From assembly GCA_038321615.1 (NCBI GenBank), contig JBBQFC010000004.1:12768-76767 (forward strand): a stretch of DNA of 64,000 nt, in the 5' to 3' direction. Source of the stretch: Flavobacteriales bacterium (GTDB lineage Bacteria > Bacteroidota > Bacteroidia > Flavobacteriales_D > Cryomorphaceae). The notes beneath the pieces are model-generated. The model did not search any database and had not been told where the DNA came from. It saw nothing but the letters and a program-made list of their open reading frames with translations. Shown one piece after another: positions 20,368 to 29,297 of the stretch. Positions within the stretch are counted from its first letter, which is position 1; the number at the start of each line of letters is the position of its first letter. The translations under genes and the position numbers were made by a program.

Positions 20368-21579
20368 ATGGCCGATAAATTAAAATTTCTCTGTGTTTCT
20401 TCATATTTTAAAGGAGAAGCCTTTCTCGAAGCCTGCGCAGAAGCAGGCAATGAAGTGTACTTAATCACGTCGAGCAAATTGCAAAACGAAGCTTGGCCGT
20501 GGCATGCCATTACCGAGGTGTTCTACATGGAAGAAGATGAAAATCGAAAGTGGAATCAGCAGCATTTGGTAAATGCTATTGCTTTCCAGATGCGCGAAAA
20601 ATTCTTCGATCGCTTCATAGCACTCGACGATTTTGACGTCGAAAAAGTGGCCGCCCTGCGCGAACAGTTTAGAACTCCGGGAATGGGCGATTCCACTTCG
20701 CGTTTTTTTCGCGATAAGCTGGCTATGCGTGTAAAAGCTCAAGGCGAGGGCATTCCCGTTCCGGCGTTTACCCCACTTTTCAACGATTCGCACATCAAGC
20801 GGTTTATCGATGAAGTACCTGGCCCATGGATGATCAAACCTCGTTCTGAGGCATCGGCGGTAGGAATTAAGAAAGTTGCAGACGAGGCTACGCTTTGGGG
20901 TGTAATAGAGCAACTCGGCGACAATCGACACCGCTTTGTGCTCGAGCGATTCAGCCCGGGCACGGTGTATCACGCAGATGCGTTGACTTTTCAAGGCAAA
21001 GTAGTGTTCTGTCGGATCAGTCGATACCTCGATACCCCCTTCGAAGTGGCTCACGGTGGCGGTATCTTCCGCTCTCAGACACTCGAGAAAAATGATCCTG
21101 CAAACATCGCCCTAACAGCATTAAACGAGCGATTGCTCAAAGGTTTTGGGATGCAATACAGCGCCTCGCATACGGAGTTTATAGAAGACCGGGAAACGGG
21201 TGAGTTCCTCTTTCTCGAAACTTCTTCGCGTGTGGGCGGCGCCCATCTTGCCGAAATGGTCGAAGCGGCATCGGGTATCAATCTATGGGCCGAATGGGCT
21301 AAACTGGAAACGGCAATCGTAAGAAACACGGGTTACAAAGTCCCAAAGGACAGTGGTAAACAGGCTGGTATTGTGGTGTCTTTGAGCCGGTACGAACACC
21401 CCGATGACAGTCAATTTACGGAACCCGAAATAGTGTGGCGTATGAAGAAAAGTTGGCACATCGGTTTAATAGTTCGTGCGGCTAAAGCAAATAAGGTTTT
21501 AGAATTGCTCAATAGTCTCACCAACCGTATTCACTCCGATTACCACGGTAGCGCACCTGCACCCGATCGCTCGCCCTGA
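20368..21579 (+). CDS. ATP-grasp domain carboxylate-amine ligase, substrate unknown
   Basis: ATP-grasp strands WMIKPRSEASAVGIKKV and FVLERFSPG. Metal/ATP site HTEFIEDRETGEFLFLETSSRVGGAHL. Only a 9-nt gap after pepA. Confidence 0.7.
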   Translation: MADKLKFLCVSSYFKGEAFLEACAEAGNEVYLITSSKLQNEAWPWHAITEVFYMEEDENRKWNQQHLVNAIAFQMREKFFDRFIALDDFDVEKVAALREQFRTPGMGDSTSRFFRDKLAMRVKAQGEGIPVPAFTPLFNDSHIKRFIDEVPGPWMIKPRSEASAVGIKKVADEATLWGVIEQLGDNRHRFVLERFSPGTVYHADALTFQGKVVFCRISRYLDTPFEVAHGGGIFRSQTLEKNDPANIALTALNERLLKGFGMQYSASHTEFIEDRETGEFLFLETSSRVGGAHLAEMVEAASGINLWAEWAKLETAIVRNTGYKVPKDSGKQAGIVVSLSRYEHPDDSQFTEPEIVWRMKKSWHIGLIVRAAKANKVLELLNSLTNRIHSDYHGSAPAPDRSP

Positions 21580-21632
21580 CTGATGCGTTAGCGTTTGGGA
21601 GTGAAGAAGGAAGTGGGATTTGCAAGATTTAG

Positions 21633-22829
21633 CTAAACCGGAAATAAGGCAACGCTCGCCCCGACCCAATCCTTGTCCTTATTATATTTTACGCCGATCA
21701 TCTCGCCTTTTGATACGCGCACAAGGTTATTGATCACTTTGGGGCGAGCTTCATGCTCTTCCCATACCATCATCATGCGGACTTCAAATTTTGCAGGTCC
21801 GGTAGGTGTTTCAACGATCGGCGCATAGCTGACTTTTCGCTGAAGCAAATACTGATCGGGATGCTTCACTGCCATTATGTCGGCCATAGTAGGATGAAGA
21901 TTCACTCCGCTTCCCGCAAAAGAAAAGAGGGGTTTGAGCACCCAATTTTCAAGATCTGATGGATATTCAGTTAACTCACTGAGATAATAGCACTCTGGCA
22001 CATACTTGCTTCGCAACAGCGGCAGGGTATATTTGCTAATCCGGTAAAACCAATTGGGATGACCCACCCACTCTGCATCCACGTCATCGGTAAAAGAAAA
22101 CTCCCTGTTCAGATCACTATGTTGCTGCAGTTCGTCAAATATAATACGGTTGTAAATGCGCTTTACATCTACTTGGTTTCCATCCATGTCCACATAGTAA
22201 AGTCGGCGTCCGGATTTCTTCAGCTTGCTCAAGCAAAGCACTTTTATACCGAGTAAAGCAGAAGTTACTACAAAGTCGATGTACGTGTTTTGGGTTTCCG
22301 GCTCAATTTCGAGCATCACTACTTCTTTCGGGTCACAATTGCCAACAATAATGCGGCGCATTGTTTCGCGATAAGAATCCTTGTTAATTCCGCCGAAATA
22401 AGACTGATAACGTTCATCGATCTCATGGGCGTGTCGAAAGCCATCGGTGAGTAAATCTTGGAAGAAATACAAACTTGGAAAACCTTGGAGTTCGATAAGC
22501 TGGGGAATAATATTACCGCTTTCGTCCGCGCATATCCCAAAATCCATTTGGATAAATCGGCTTTTGCTGTCTTCGCGCGGCACGATCAGATCGGGCGTGC
22601 CAAACGCGCGCTGGGTCAACTTCAAGAAATCGGGTCGTACGAGCACATCGCTAATCTGCTCGCATGCTTCGAGTAATTTATCCTTCAGCTCCTGATCCAA
22701 GAATATCGGCGTTTCGCAGAGGCGAAAAGTAGGCCCAATTCCATAGGTTCCGTTTACATACTCCATAAATGCCGCATACCTTTCTGGCGTAAAATTGGCA
22801 TTAAATGCAGTTCGGACTTCTGGAATCAT
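21633..22829 (-). CDS. Glutathionylspermidine-synthase-like (YgiC/YjfC-type) amidoligase, substrate unknown
   Basis: IPQLIELQGFPSLY resembles the LLExNADTPTSLY pre-ATP-grasp motif. VLKPLFSFAGSGVNL resembles VVKPIFSREGANVSI of YgiC. The 398-aa size matches the family. By-eye similarity only. Confidence 0.5.
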   Translation of the reverse strand: MIPEVRTAFNANFTPERYAAFMEYVNGTYGIGPTFRLCETPIFLDQELKDKLLEACEQISDVLVRPDFLKLTQRAFGTPDLIVPREDSKSRFIQMDFGICADESGNIIPQLIELQGFPSLYFFQDLLTDGFRHAHEIDERYQSYFGGINKDSYRETMRRIIVGNCDPKEVVMLEIEPETQNTYIDFVVTSALLGIKVLCLSKLKKSGRRLYYVDMDGNQVDVKRIYNRIIFDELQQHSDLNREFSFTDDVDAEWVGHPNWFYRISKYTLPLLRSKYVPECYYLSELTEYPSDLENWVLKPLFSFAGSGVNLHPTMADIMAVKHPDQYLLQRKVSYAPIVETPTGPAKFEVRMMMVWEEHEARPKVINNLVRVSKGEMIGVKYNKDKDWVGASVALFPV

Positions 22830-22840
22830 TTCGATTTGAA

Positions 22841-23671
22841 TTAGGCGTATTCCATTCGCATATGCTTCATGGCAGTGCGCAGGAATGACGGAATTACCAT
22901 GTGATGAGTCCGTGCAATATGCTCTGGGTGCTCCAAGCTTTTCATCATAGCATTGTACTTGCGCACGCTGTGATTTTTGATTACCACTTCCCGGTTTTCT
23001 TCCTTTTCGAAATGCACGTACATCCCTTTTGGATCTGCCTCGGGGTGGTACTGCGTTCCTACCATATACGGCGAAAACCGCACCGCCATAATGGCCCGCT
23101 CCATTTGAACGTGGGTACGAATTTTCTCCAGAGATAAAATGGAAGCACCGCGCTTTTTAAATACGCTTAACTTGGGTTGTACCAATTGCCAATCGCGGCT
23201 ATCCACAATGTAATAAGGATCGTCGAGTCCAGCCAACATTGGATCGTCGGCGCCAGCCTTTGTTTTATGGCAGGGATAGATACCGAAGGATGGCACGCTG
23301 CGCAGGTTTACATCGCCTAGCCCAAAGTGGTTGCAAACCATCTGAAAAGAGTGACAGATGAAGAAGACGTGCTTTTTGTGTGGGGCTTCGGAAGCATTGT
23401 GCTTCCATACTGAGTCCACCCAATTGTACCATGCTACATCCCATTTGCCATCGCCCTCCAGCGGATTGCCAGGACCGCCTGATGAAATGTAGAGATCGAA
23501 ACTCAGATCGGGAAGCTCACATTTGCCGCGCACATCAAACTCCTGATACTCGATTTCATTGGCAAAATCGCCTAAAATCTCTTTTATAGCGCGGATTCCC
23601 TGATTGGAAATCCCTTCATACATGTTAAGCAGAGCCAACCTAAAAGGCCGCTTCAAATCATTGACCATCAC
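22841..23671 (-). CDS. Class-I glutamine amidotransferase-like / peptidase C26-like hydrolase
   Basis: Nucleophile Cys in VFFICHSFQ and His-Glu in GTQYHPE, so the Cys-His-Glu triad is intact. No synthase domain is fused. Confidence 0.65.
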   Translation of the reverse strand: MMVNDLKRPFRLALLNMYEGISNQGIRAIKEILGDFANEIEYQEFDVRGKCELPDLSFDLYISSGGPGNPLEGDGKWDVAWYNWVDSVWKHNASEAPHKKHVFFICHSFQMVCNHFGLGDVNLRSVPSFGIYPCHKTKAGADDPMLAGLDDPYYIVDSRDWQLVQPKLSVFKKRGASILSLEKIRTHVQMERAIMAVRFSPYMVGTQYHPEADPKGMYVHFEKEENREVVIKNHSVRKYNAMMKSLEHPEHIARTHHMVIPSFLRTAMKHMRMEYA

Positions 23672-23702
23672 TTCCTTTTCTCTAATGCGAACGCAGGCTC
23701 GC

Positions 23703-25811
23703 TTATTTCTTCTTTGGGCCTTTGGGCATTGCTCGTTTTACTTCAACCTTTTCGGCTGAAGTACCTACCGCAGGCGTTTTTTCCTTTTTGATCGAAGACT
23801 TACGAGCCGCTTTGGCCATAGTTGGGGCCGCGGTGGGCGTAGCTTTCACGCTTAAAGCCGACTTTGGTTTAACAGGGGCATTTGAACTGGTAGAAGCTGC
23901 TTTAGCCGGTTCAGTAGATTTTTTCGGACTGGTTGGTTTCGTAGGCATTGTACGCTTCATGCCTTGTGCCCTTAGCACTGCTGCTTTTGGAGCTGCGGAT
24001 TTCGGCGTATCAGTCTTTACGGCTTTCGCTCCAACGGATTTTGGTGCTTTCGACAGCACAGCTATGGGCGCTTTTGGTGCTACCGATTTAACCACTTTTG
24101 GTGCACTAGATTTAGTTTCTGGTTTGGCTTCAACGGTTGCTTCAGGCACCTTGGCTTCACTCACTTTTGCGACAGTATTTAGGCGGGGCTTAGGCCCACG
24201 CTTTCCTTTCACTTTGGTAACAGTGGCTCCTTCGGCCTTTACACGCGGCTTGAGTCCACGCTTTCCTTTTGCCGTTGCGGTAATTGCTCCGTCGACCTTA
24301 ACACGTGGTTTCGGACCTGGTTTGGCTTTTACTTTAGGCGTAATATCTCCTTCGGCCTTAGTACGCGGCTTAGGCCCACGCTTTGCTTTCACTTTGGGTG
24401 CAGTGGCTCCTTCGGCCTTAATACGCGGCTTCGGCCCTCGCTTTCCTTTTACTTTAGGTGCAGCGTCTCCTTCTGCCTTCATACGTGGCTTCGGCCCTGG
24501 CTTTCCTTTTACTTTGGGTGTAGTGTCTCCATCTGCCTTCATACGCGGCTTTGGCCCTGGCTTTCCTTTTACTTTGGGTGCAGTGTCTCCTTCGGCCTTC
24601 ATACGTGGCTTCGGCCCTGGCTTTCCTTTCACTTTAGGCGTAACGTCTCCTTCGGCCTTGGCTCGCGGCTTTGGCCCTGGCTTTCCTTTCACTTTGGTAA
24701 TTGCGGCTCCTTCGGCATTAACATTAACGCGTGGCTTAGGCCCGGGCTTCCCTTTTACTTTGGGCGTAGCGTCCGCTTCGGCCTTAGCTTTTGGCTTCGG
24801 TCCTGGTTTGCCTTTTACTGCTACCGATGTCCTTGAAGAAGGGCTGTTAGCTACAGATGTCGGCTTTGACGTGCCAAATTGATTTGCGACAAACGTTCCC
24901 CAGGTGAGGTTCATCTGTCCGTCTTTGTGGGTTTTGGCTCGCGCTATGGCCATATCAGCAGCATGCTCCACCACCCATTCGAAATTCTCCTGACCCACAC
25001 TATTCACATCGGCATCAGGCGCGGGATTGCAGAAATCGATGGCATAAGGCACCCCATCGCGCACGGCAAATTCTACGGTATTAAAATCATAACCGAGCGC
25101 TTCATTCAATTTAATCACGCCTTTTCGTACTTTTTCCAACATCGCCGAAGCTACTGGAGGCGCATTGTGTACATAGCGTAAATGGTGCGGATTGCGTGGC
25201 TCGTATTGCATAATGCGCACATCGTTTCCGCCCAAGCAATAGCATCGGAAATACTCGGTAAACTGAATTTCTTCCTGAAGCATCATTACCAACTGTCCGG
25301 TTTCCGAATGGCGGGCAAATAGTTCATTGGCATTCTCGAGCCTATAAACGCTCTTCCAACCACCACCAGAGTGCGGCTTCATATAGGCAGGAAAGCCTAT
25401 ATATTTAAATATACTTTCCCAGTCCATAGGGAATTTCAGATTGCGAAACGAATTATGGTCGGTATCTGCCGGGCGCTCATGCGATGGGAGAATGACTGTT
25501 TTCGGAACGTCCACACCAACATGCATCGCGAGGGCATTATTGAAGAATTTTTCATCGGAACTCCACCAAAACGGATTGTTCAAAACGGCTGTACCTCCAA
25601 TGGCTGCATTTTTTAAATATGCCCGGTAGAAGGGTACGTCTTGCGATATGCGGTCTATTATTACGGCATAATCGGTAGGCTTTGCCTGCTGCACCATTTC
25701 GATAGAAACAGCTTCGGCTTTGATGCCTTTCTCGGCTTTTTGATTTACACGCTCAATAAAGGCCTGGGGAAAGGTATTTTCCTGGCCGTAAAGGATTCCG
25801 ATTTTCTTCAT
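23703..25811 (-). CDS. RimK/glutathione-synthase-type ATP-grasp ligase fused to a Lys/Pro-rich tandem-repeat and histone-H1-like tail
   Basis: The N-terminal ~310 aa form an ATP-grasp domain (FPAYMKPHSGGGWKSVYR; NTVEFAVRDGVPYAIDFCNPAPD). Then come 11 x ~20-aa repeats KVKGKPGPKPRxKAEGDxxP and a 159-aa A/K/P/S/T-rich tail. Start moved to ATG 25811 (MKKIGILYG), which removes the overlap with the upstream esterase. Confidence 0.75.
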   Translation of the reverse strand: MKKIGILYGQENTFPQAFIERVNQKAEKGIKAEAVSIEMVQQAKPTDYAVIIDRISQDVPFYRAYLKNAAIGGTAVLNNPFWWSSDEKFFNNALAMHVGVDVPKTVILPSHERPADTDHNSFRNLKFPMDWESIFKYIGFPAYMKPHSGGGWKSVYRLENANELFARHSETGQLVMMLQEEIQFTEYFRCYCLGGNDVRIMQYEPRNPHHLRYVHNAPPVASAMLEKVRKGVIKLNEALGYDFNTVEFAVRDGVPYAIDFCNPAPDADVNSVGQENFEWVVEHAADMAIARAKTHKDGQMNLTWGTFVANQFGTSKPTSVANSPSSRTSVAVKGKPGPKPKAKAEADATPKVKGKPGPKPRVNVNAEGAAITKVKGKPGPKPRAKAEGDVTPKVKGKPGPKPRMKAEGDTAPKVKGKPGPKPRMKADGDTTPKVKGKPGPKPRMKAEGDAAPKVKGKRGPKPRIKAEGATAPKVKAKRGPKPRTKAEGDITPKVKAKPGPKPRVKVDGAITATAKGKRGLKPRVKAEGATVTKVKGKRGPKPRLNTVAKVSEAKVPEATVEAKPETKSSAPKVVKSVAPKAPIAVLSKAPKSVGAKAVKTDTPKSAAPKAAVLRAQGMKRTMPTKPTSPKKSTEPAKAASTSSNAPVKPKSALSVKATPTAAPTMAKAARKSSIKKEKTPAVGTSAEKVEVKRAMPKGPKKK
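24183..24815 (-). repeat. Coding tandem repeat, 60-bp period, about 10.5 copies (one 66-bp copy)
   Basis: Units are visible in register with the 60-nt sequence lines from 24181 to 24720. Central copies (24421..24660) differ at only about 5 of 60 positions. Confidence 0.95.
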
Positions 25812-25851
25812 TTTTTGGTTTTTTTGGGTTGGTGCAATTTGGTGGTGCAAT

Positions 25852-26562
25852 TTAAATTTTAGAAAGGTAATCTGGAAACATCGTTCGCCACAACGGCCAA
25901 TCATGTTCTGCCCAGCGACGTTCATCCATCCATACGTTCATATTCTTTTCCTGAAGAAGCCCACCCAATTTAAGGTTGGCATCTTTACAGATATCCCATT
26001 CGCCATAGCCGAGTATTACTTTAAGCTTCCACAATTCGGGATTTTGATCGCCCTTTATGTAATCTATCGGATTGTTGAAATAAACGTTATCATCGTAGTA
26101 ACCATCTACAAAAGAGCGAATATCGAAAGCGCCACTCATGCTGATTAAATGGCTCACCATTTCGGGGTGCTTGAAGGCAAAATTGGCCGCATGGAATCCA
26201 CCAAAACTGGCGCCAGCTACCACGACCTTATTGATGCCGTAGCTTTCGCGAATAGCGCCTACAACTTCTTCGGCAATAAACTTATCATACCACATGTGGT
26301 TTTTAACGCGCTCGGCTGGATGAATTTTCTTGTTATACCAGCTGTATTTATCTATGCTGTCGGGGCAATAAATCTTAAACCGCCCTTCATTTAGCAAATT
26401 GGCAGCAGAGTCGATCAATTTGAAATCTTTACTTTCAAAATGCCGACCCATAGTGGTCGGAAAAATGATAACCGGAGTGCCGTAATGACCATAAACCAAC
26501 ATTTCGAACTCCTTGCCAAGGGTGGGCGAATTCCACTTAATGTGTTCTTCTTTTACCTGCAT
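25852..26562 (-). CDS. Alpha/beta hydrolase, 'putative esterase' family
   Basis: Nucleophile elbow VAGASFGGFHA. 236 aa. First gene of the minus-strand operon. Confidence 0.7.
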   Translation of the reverse strand: MQVKEEHIKWNSPTLGKEFEMLVYGHYGTPVIIFPTTMGRHFESKDFKLIDSAANLLNEGRFKIYCPDSIDKYSWYNKKIHPAERVKNHMWYDKFIAEEVVGAIRESYGINKVVVAGASFGGFHAANFAFKHPEMVSHLISMSGAFDIRSFVDGYYDDNVYFNNPIDYIKGDQNPELWKLKVILGYGEWDICKDANLKLGGLLQEKNMNVWMDERRWAEHDWPLWRTMFPDYLSKI

Positions 26563-26594
26563 AAGTGTGTCGTCGACGCTTTGAATCGCATGAG

Positions 26595-26602
26595 CAAAGT
26601 TA
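26595..26602 (-). promoter_or_regulatory. -7 promoter box TAacTTTG, 32 nt upstream of the esterase ATG 26562
   Basis: Plus strand reads CAAAGTTA. It is the only exact box I saw in this divergent intergenic region. Confidence 0.4.
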
Positions 26603-26917
26603 AAACTATATCAATTTGTTAAACAAAGGGAAGAAATTCTTTGGTAAACTCTGAAAATCATGCATTTCGGGCGCTGATTTTACATTGATAGGAGGAAGAT
26701 TGAAGCTAAAAAAGCGAACTTCCAACCTTTTGAAATCTGGTAATGTGAAATATTTAACTCGGGCTGACATTGCTCTGAAACTGAATTTTACCTGTCGCAG
26801 CTAGCTTTTTTCTAATTTTCAGATTAATTGAAAATAAGCATATGAAACTTAGATTAGGTTAATGTTAAGAATTCTTTAATTTTATCCTCCCGCATAAAAA
26901 GCGGCAAAGCTTCAAAG

Positions 26918-27232
26918 ATGCATGGTATTGAGAGAACGTTCAAGTTTGAGAACGGTGAGAAGATTAAAGGCAAGTTCAAAATCGTCGCTATTGCCAAAAA
27001 GCGAAAGAGCAAGAAAAAGTGGCGGCCTGTTGTCTGGAAAGGGACTATCAACGACAAAGAAATTAAAATCGTGCAACTCTCTGCGGAGCCTGCTGCCATA
27101 GAAGATTTCGACTGGAAGGAATTCCCAAAAAAATATGAAGTGGTGAAAGCCTACATCGCCGATGCCATCGAAGAGTATTTTACAGAAACCGATCCCGTTG
27201 TCTTTGCAAAAAGTTTAAAAACCAAGCATTAA
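26918..27232 (+). CDS. Small hypothetical protein, Lys-rich centre and acidic C-terminus
   Basis: 104-aa ORF in an otherwise empty 350-bp+ region. No recognisable motif. Confidence 0.35.
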   Translation: MHGIERTFKFENGEKIKGKFKIVAIAKKRKSKKKWRPVVWKGTINDKEIKIVQLSAEPAAIEDFDWKEFPKKYEVVKAYIADAIEEYFTETDPVVFAKSLKTKH

Positions 27233-27235
27233 ACA

Positions 27236-29062
27236 TTATTCCGCTTTTTCTTTAGCATGTACCTTTATCGCTTGATTGTAAGCCTTTTGGTAATTCTCAA
27301 TCAATACATTCCAATCGAAGTTTTCCGAAAAGTCTTCTAATCTATTTCGCTGAATCATTCGGTAACGTCGGTTTGACTTGACGAAGTGAAGCATATAGCG
27401 ACCGAGGTCTTCCACCGCTTTTTTCTCGGGTTGCTTCTTGCGCTGAAGCACATAGATTCCCCGCTCCTCATGATCGGCTTCCATACTCTCTACATAGCTT
27501 CCAAAACCCGAAAGGTCGGATGTAATAGCCGGAACGCCACGTGCTACGCACTCCAGCGGAGTGTAACCCCAAGGCTCATAATAACTCGGAAAAATACCAA
27601 GGTGGCAACCCCGCACAAACTGTCCATAGTCGAGTCCGAAGAGCGGGTTGGTAGATTCAATAAAATCGGGATGATATACCAATTTAACCCGATCTAGGGG
27701 AGAATTAACCATTTGGTTACCCCGCATGTAATTGAGAATTTCGTCTTCAATATCATTCACTAAATTATGGGTGATAATTATTGGCCACGACTTCGTTTTC
27801 CACGACTGGATAGTCCTCCGGTAGCGCAGCTTCCAATAGTCGTCGATCAATTCGTTCAAGTTGGGCAATTTATGCTCCTCACTGCTGCCGGTGGCTGCAT
27901 AAAAAAGGCGCTCACCAAGTTGCTTTTCGATGGCTTCGCAATTGCGCTTAATCTCTTGCATTACCCCGCGCGATTCGAGCACGTCGGGATTTATACTCCA
28001 AGTGGGTTTCTTGGTTATGAAAAACATTACCACCGTTTTCTTGATCCCTTCTTTAACCATTTGTGCATTCAGCCATTTGAGAGCTTCGAGGGTTATGTCA
28101 TAGCCCTTATTGCGGAACTCGTAACGACCAGAAGTAAAAAAGTAGAGGGTATTATCAAGGTCGAAATTGTACGAGCTAAAGAAATGTCCAATTACGAATT
28201 CGTGAATCTTGTCTTTGTATAATTGATGGCGGTTATGCACCTCGTGATAAGCCACGTAGCGGGTAATGTTCAAGCCATTTGGAGTAATAAGATGGGGTTT
28301 TACACCTAAAAGATGCTCGCATTCCAATCCGGTAACGTCGCTCACCGTGGTGAAACAATCTGTGGAATGCGCTGCACCTCGCTCGATCTGAACCTGGGGT
28401 AGAATCCCAAATTTCCGGGACTCAACCTGCCAATCGAAGTTGGGAAGTTTCTTGTAAAATCCAGGATCATTGCCCGCCAGATACCTACCAAGCATAGTAG
28501 CGTGGGTGGTAAAAACAGTTGAAATCGGTAATCCTTCGCGCTTGATATCCAAAATGGGAAGGGCGGACATCCACTCATGGAAGTGGGCAACGATGGGGCG
28601 GGTATTTCGGACTACTTCTTTGGAGAGTATGGTGAAGAAGGTGCGATTGAGGTCTGCCCACATCATCATTTTTTCCAGAAGCGAATCTTCCTTGTTCGTA
28701 TTTATGCCGAGATCGAGATTGAGGTGTCGGTGGAGGGTATCAATTCTATTGAAAACATTTTGAGGGTTCAACAGCACCACGCGCGGGCGGCCTGTAACCA
28801 GCCATCGACCGTACCACGCCTCGTAACCCATAGCGCGCATTTTATCGACGGTGCGGCCAATGGGATCCGTAGCATTTTGAATCGGTTCAAACTCAGCGCT
28901 GATGTCTTCTGTTTCCAGCGGGCCAAGGAGGCAATAATCATCACCCCAAAGATCGATAGCGGCGGGCACTTTCGAACGAATTACGGTATAGATACCTCCC
29001 ACTTGGTTGCATACTTCCCAAGCGCATTCTATTATTAATGGATTCTTTTTGGTAGTGCTCAT
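27236..29062 (-). CDS. Glycogen synthase, eukaryote-like GT3 family
   Basis: N-terminus ECAWEVCNQVGGIYTVIRSK matches the GT3 glycogen synthase signature (EVANKVGGIYTV in yeast/animal enzymes). 608 aa. Confidence 0.8.
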   Translation of the reverse strand: MSTTKKNPLIIECAWEVCNQVGGIYTVIRSKVPAAIDLWGDDYCLLGPLETEDISAEFEPIQNATDPIGRTVDKMRAMGYEAWYGRWLVTGRPRVVLLNPQNVFNRIDTLHRHLNLDLGINTNKEDSLLEKMMMWADLNRTFFTILSKEVVRNTRPIVAHFHEWMSALPILDIKREGLPISTVFTTHATMLGRYLAGNDPGFYKKLPNFDWQVESRKFGILPQVQIERGAAHSTDCFTTVSDVTGLECEHLLGVKPHLITPNGLNITRYVAYHEVHNRHQLYKDKIHEFVIGHFFSSYNFDLDNTLYFFTSGRYEFRNKGYDITLEALKWLNAQMVKEGIKKTVVMFFITKKPTWSINPDVLESRGVMQEIKRNCEAIEKQLGERLFYAATGSSEEHKLPNLNELIDDYWKLRYRRTIQSWKTKSWPIIITHNLVNDIEDEILNYMRGNQMVNSPLDRVKLVYHPDFIESTNPLFGLDYGQFVRGCHLGIFPSYYEPWGYTPLECVARGVPAITSDLSGFGSYVESMEADHEERGIYVLQRKKQPEKKAVEDLGRYMLHFVKSNRRYRMIQRNRLEDFSENFDWNVLIENYQKAYNQAIKVHAKEKAE

Positions 29063-29154
29063 TCAACGATCGGAATAGGTGTGATCCAAAGTAAAGCATT
29101 CTGGCCTAAACATTGCAAGCCTTTTCGACACAGAATAATAATTCCGAAGGGATC

Positions 29155-29189
29155 CAAAATAAAATCCCGAGACAAGGATGCATCGGGAT
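29155..29189 (-). terminator. Intrinsic terminator downstream of tRNA-Arg
   Basis: Minus strand reads ATCCCGA-N12-TCGGGAT followed by TTTATTTTGG. Confidence 0.6.
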
Positions 29190-29199
29190 ATAAACTGAG

Positions 29200-29273
29200 T
29201 GATCGCGACAGGACTCGAACCTGTGACCGTCTGCTTAGAAGGCAGATGCTCTATCCATCTGAGCTACGCGACC
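29200..29273 (-). tRNA. tRNA-Arg (anticodon TCT)
   Basis: Hand-folded cloverleaf with acceptor GGTCGCG/CGCGATC and D arm GCTC-AGATGGATA-GAGC. Anticodon arm TCTGC-CTTCTAA-GCAGA, variable loop CGGTC, T arm ACAGG-TTCGAGT-CCTGT. Discriminator A, CCA not encoded. Confidence 0.9.
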
Positions 29274-29289
29274 CTGAAATAATGGAGCG

Positions 29290-29297
29290 CAAAGATA
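29290..29297 (-). promoter_or_regulatory. -7 promoter box TAtcTTTG, 16 nt upstream of the tRNA-Arg 5' end
   Basis: Plus strand reads CAAAGATA. Confidence 0.45.

Noticed and set aside
20461-21054. Long antisense ORFs inside confident genes (20461..21054, 49946..50491, 52162..52722, 39636..40175, 7043..7549, 2080..2571, 54980..55390)
   Set aside because: Each lies fully inside a gene whose product has clear family motifs on the opposite strand. Their translations are low-complexity or motif-free.
24183-24815. Regular 60-bp tandem repeats as a possible CRISPR array
   Set aside because: There are no unique spacers between units. The units are contiguous, in frame and translate to a coherent peptide repeat inside a long CDS. 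No cas genes are present.
23722-24882. 386-aa plus-strand ORF antisense to the Lys/Pro-rich repeat region
   Set aside because: It exists only because the reverse complement of the repetitive aag/ccn/ggn codons lacks stop codons. Its product is a monotonous GFGPxFPFTLG repeat with no start context, whereas the minus-strand frame continues directly from a recognisable ATP-grasp domain.
25812-25925. N-terminal 38-codon extension of the ATP-grasp ORF overlapping the esterase gene
   Set aside because: The extension has no family-like sequence and overlaps the upstream CDS by 74 nt. ATG 25811 (MKKIGILYG) starts the conserved domain.
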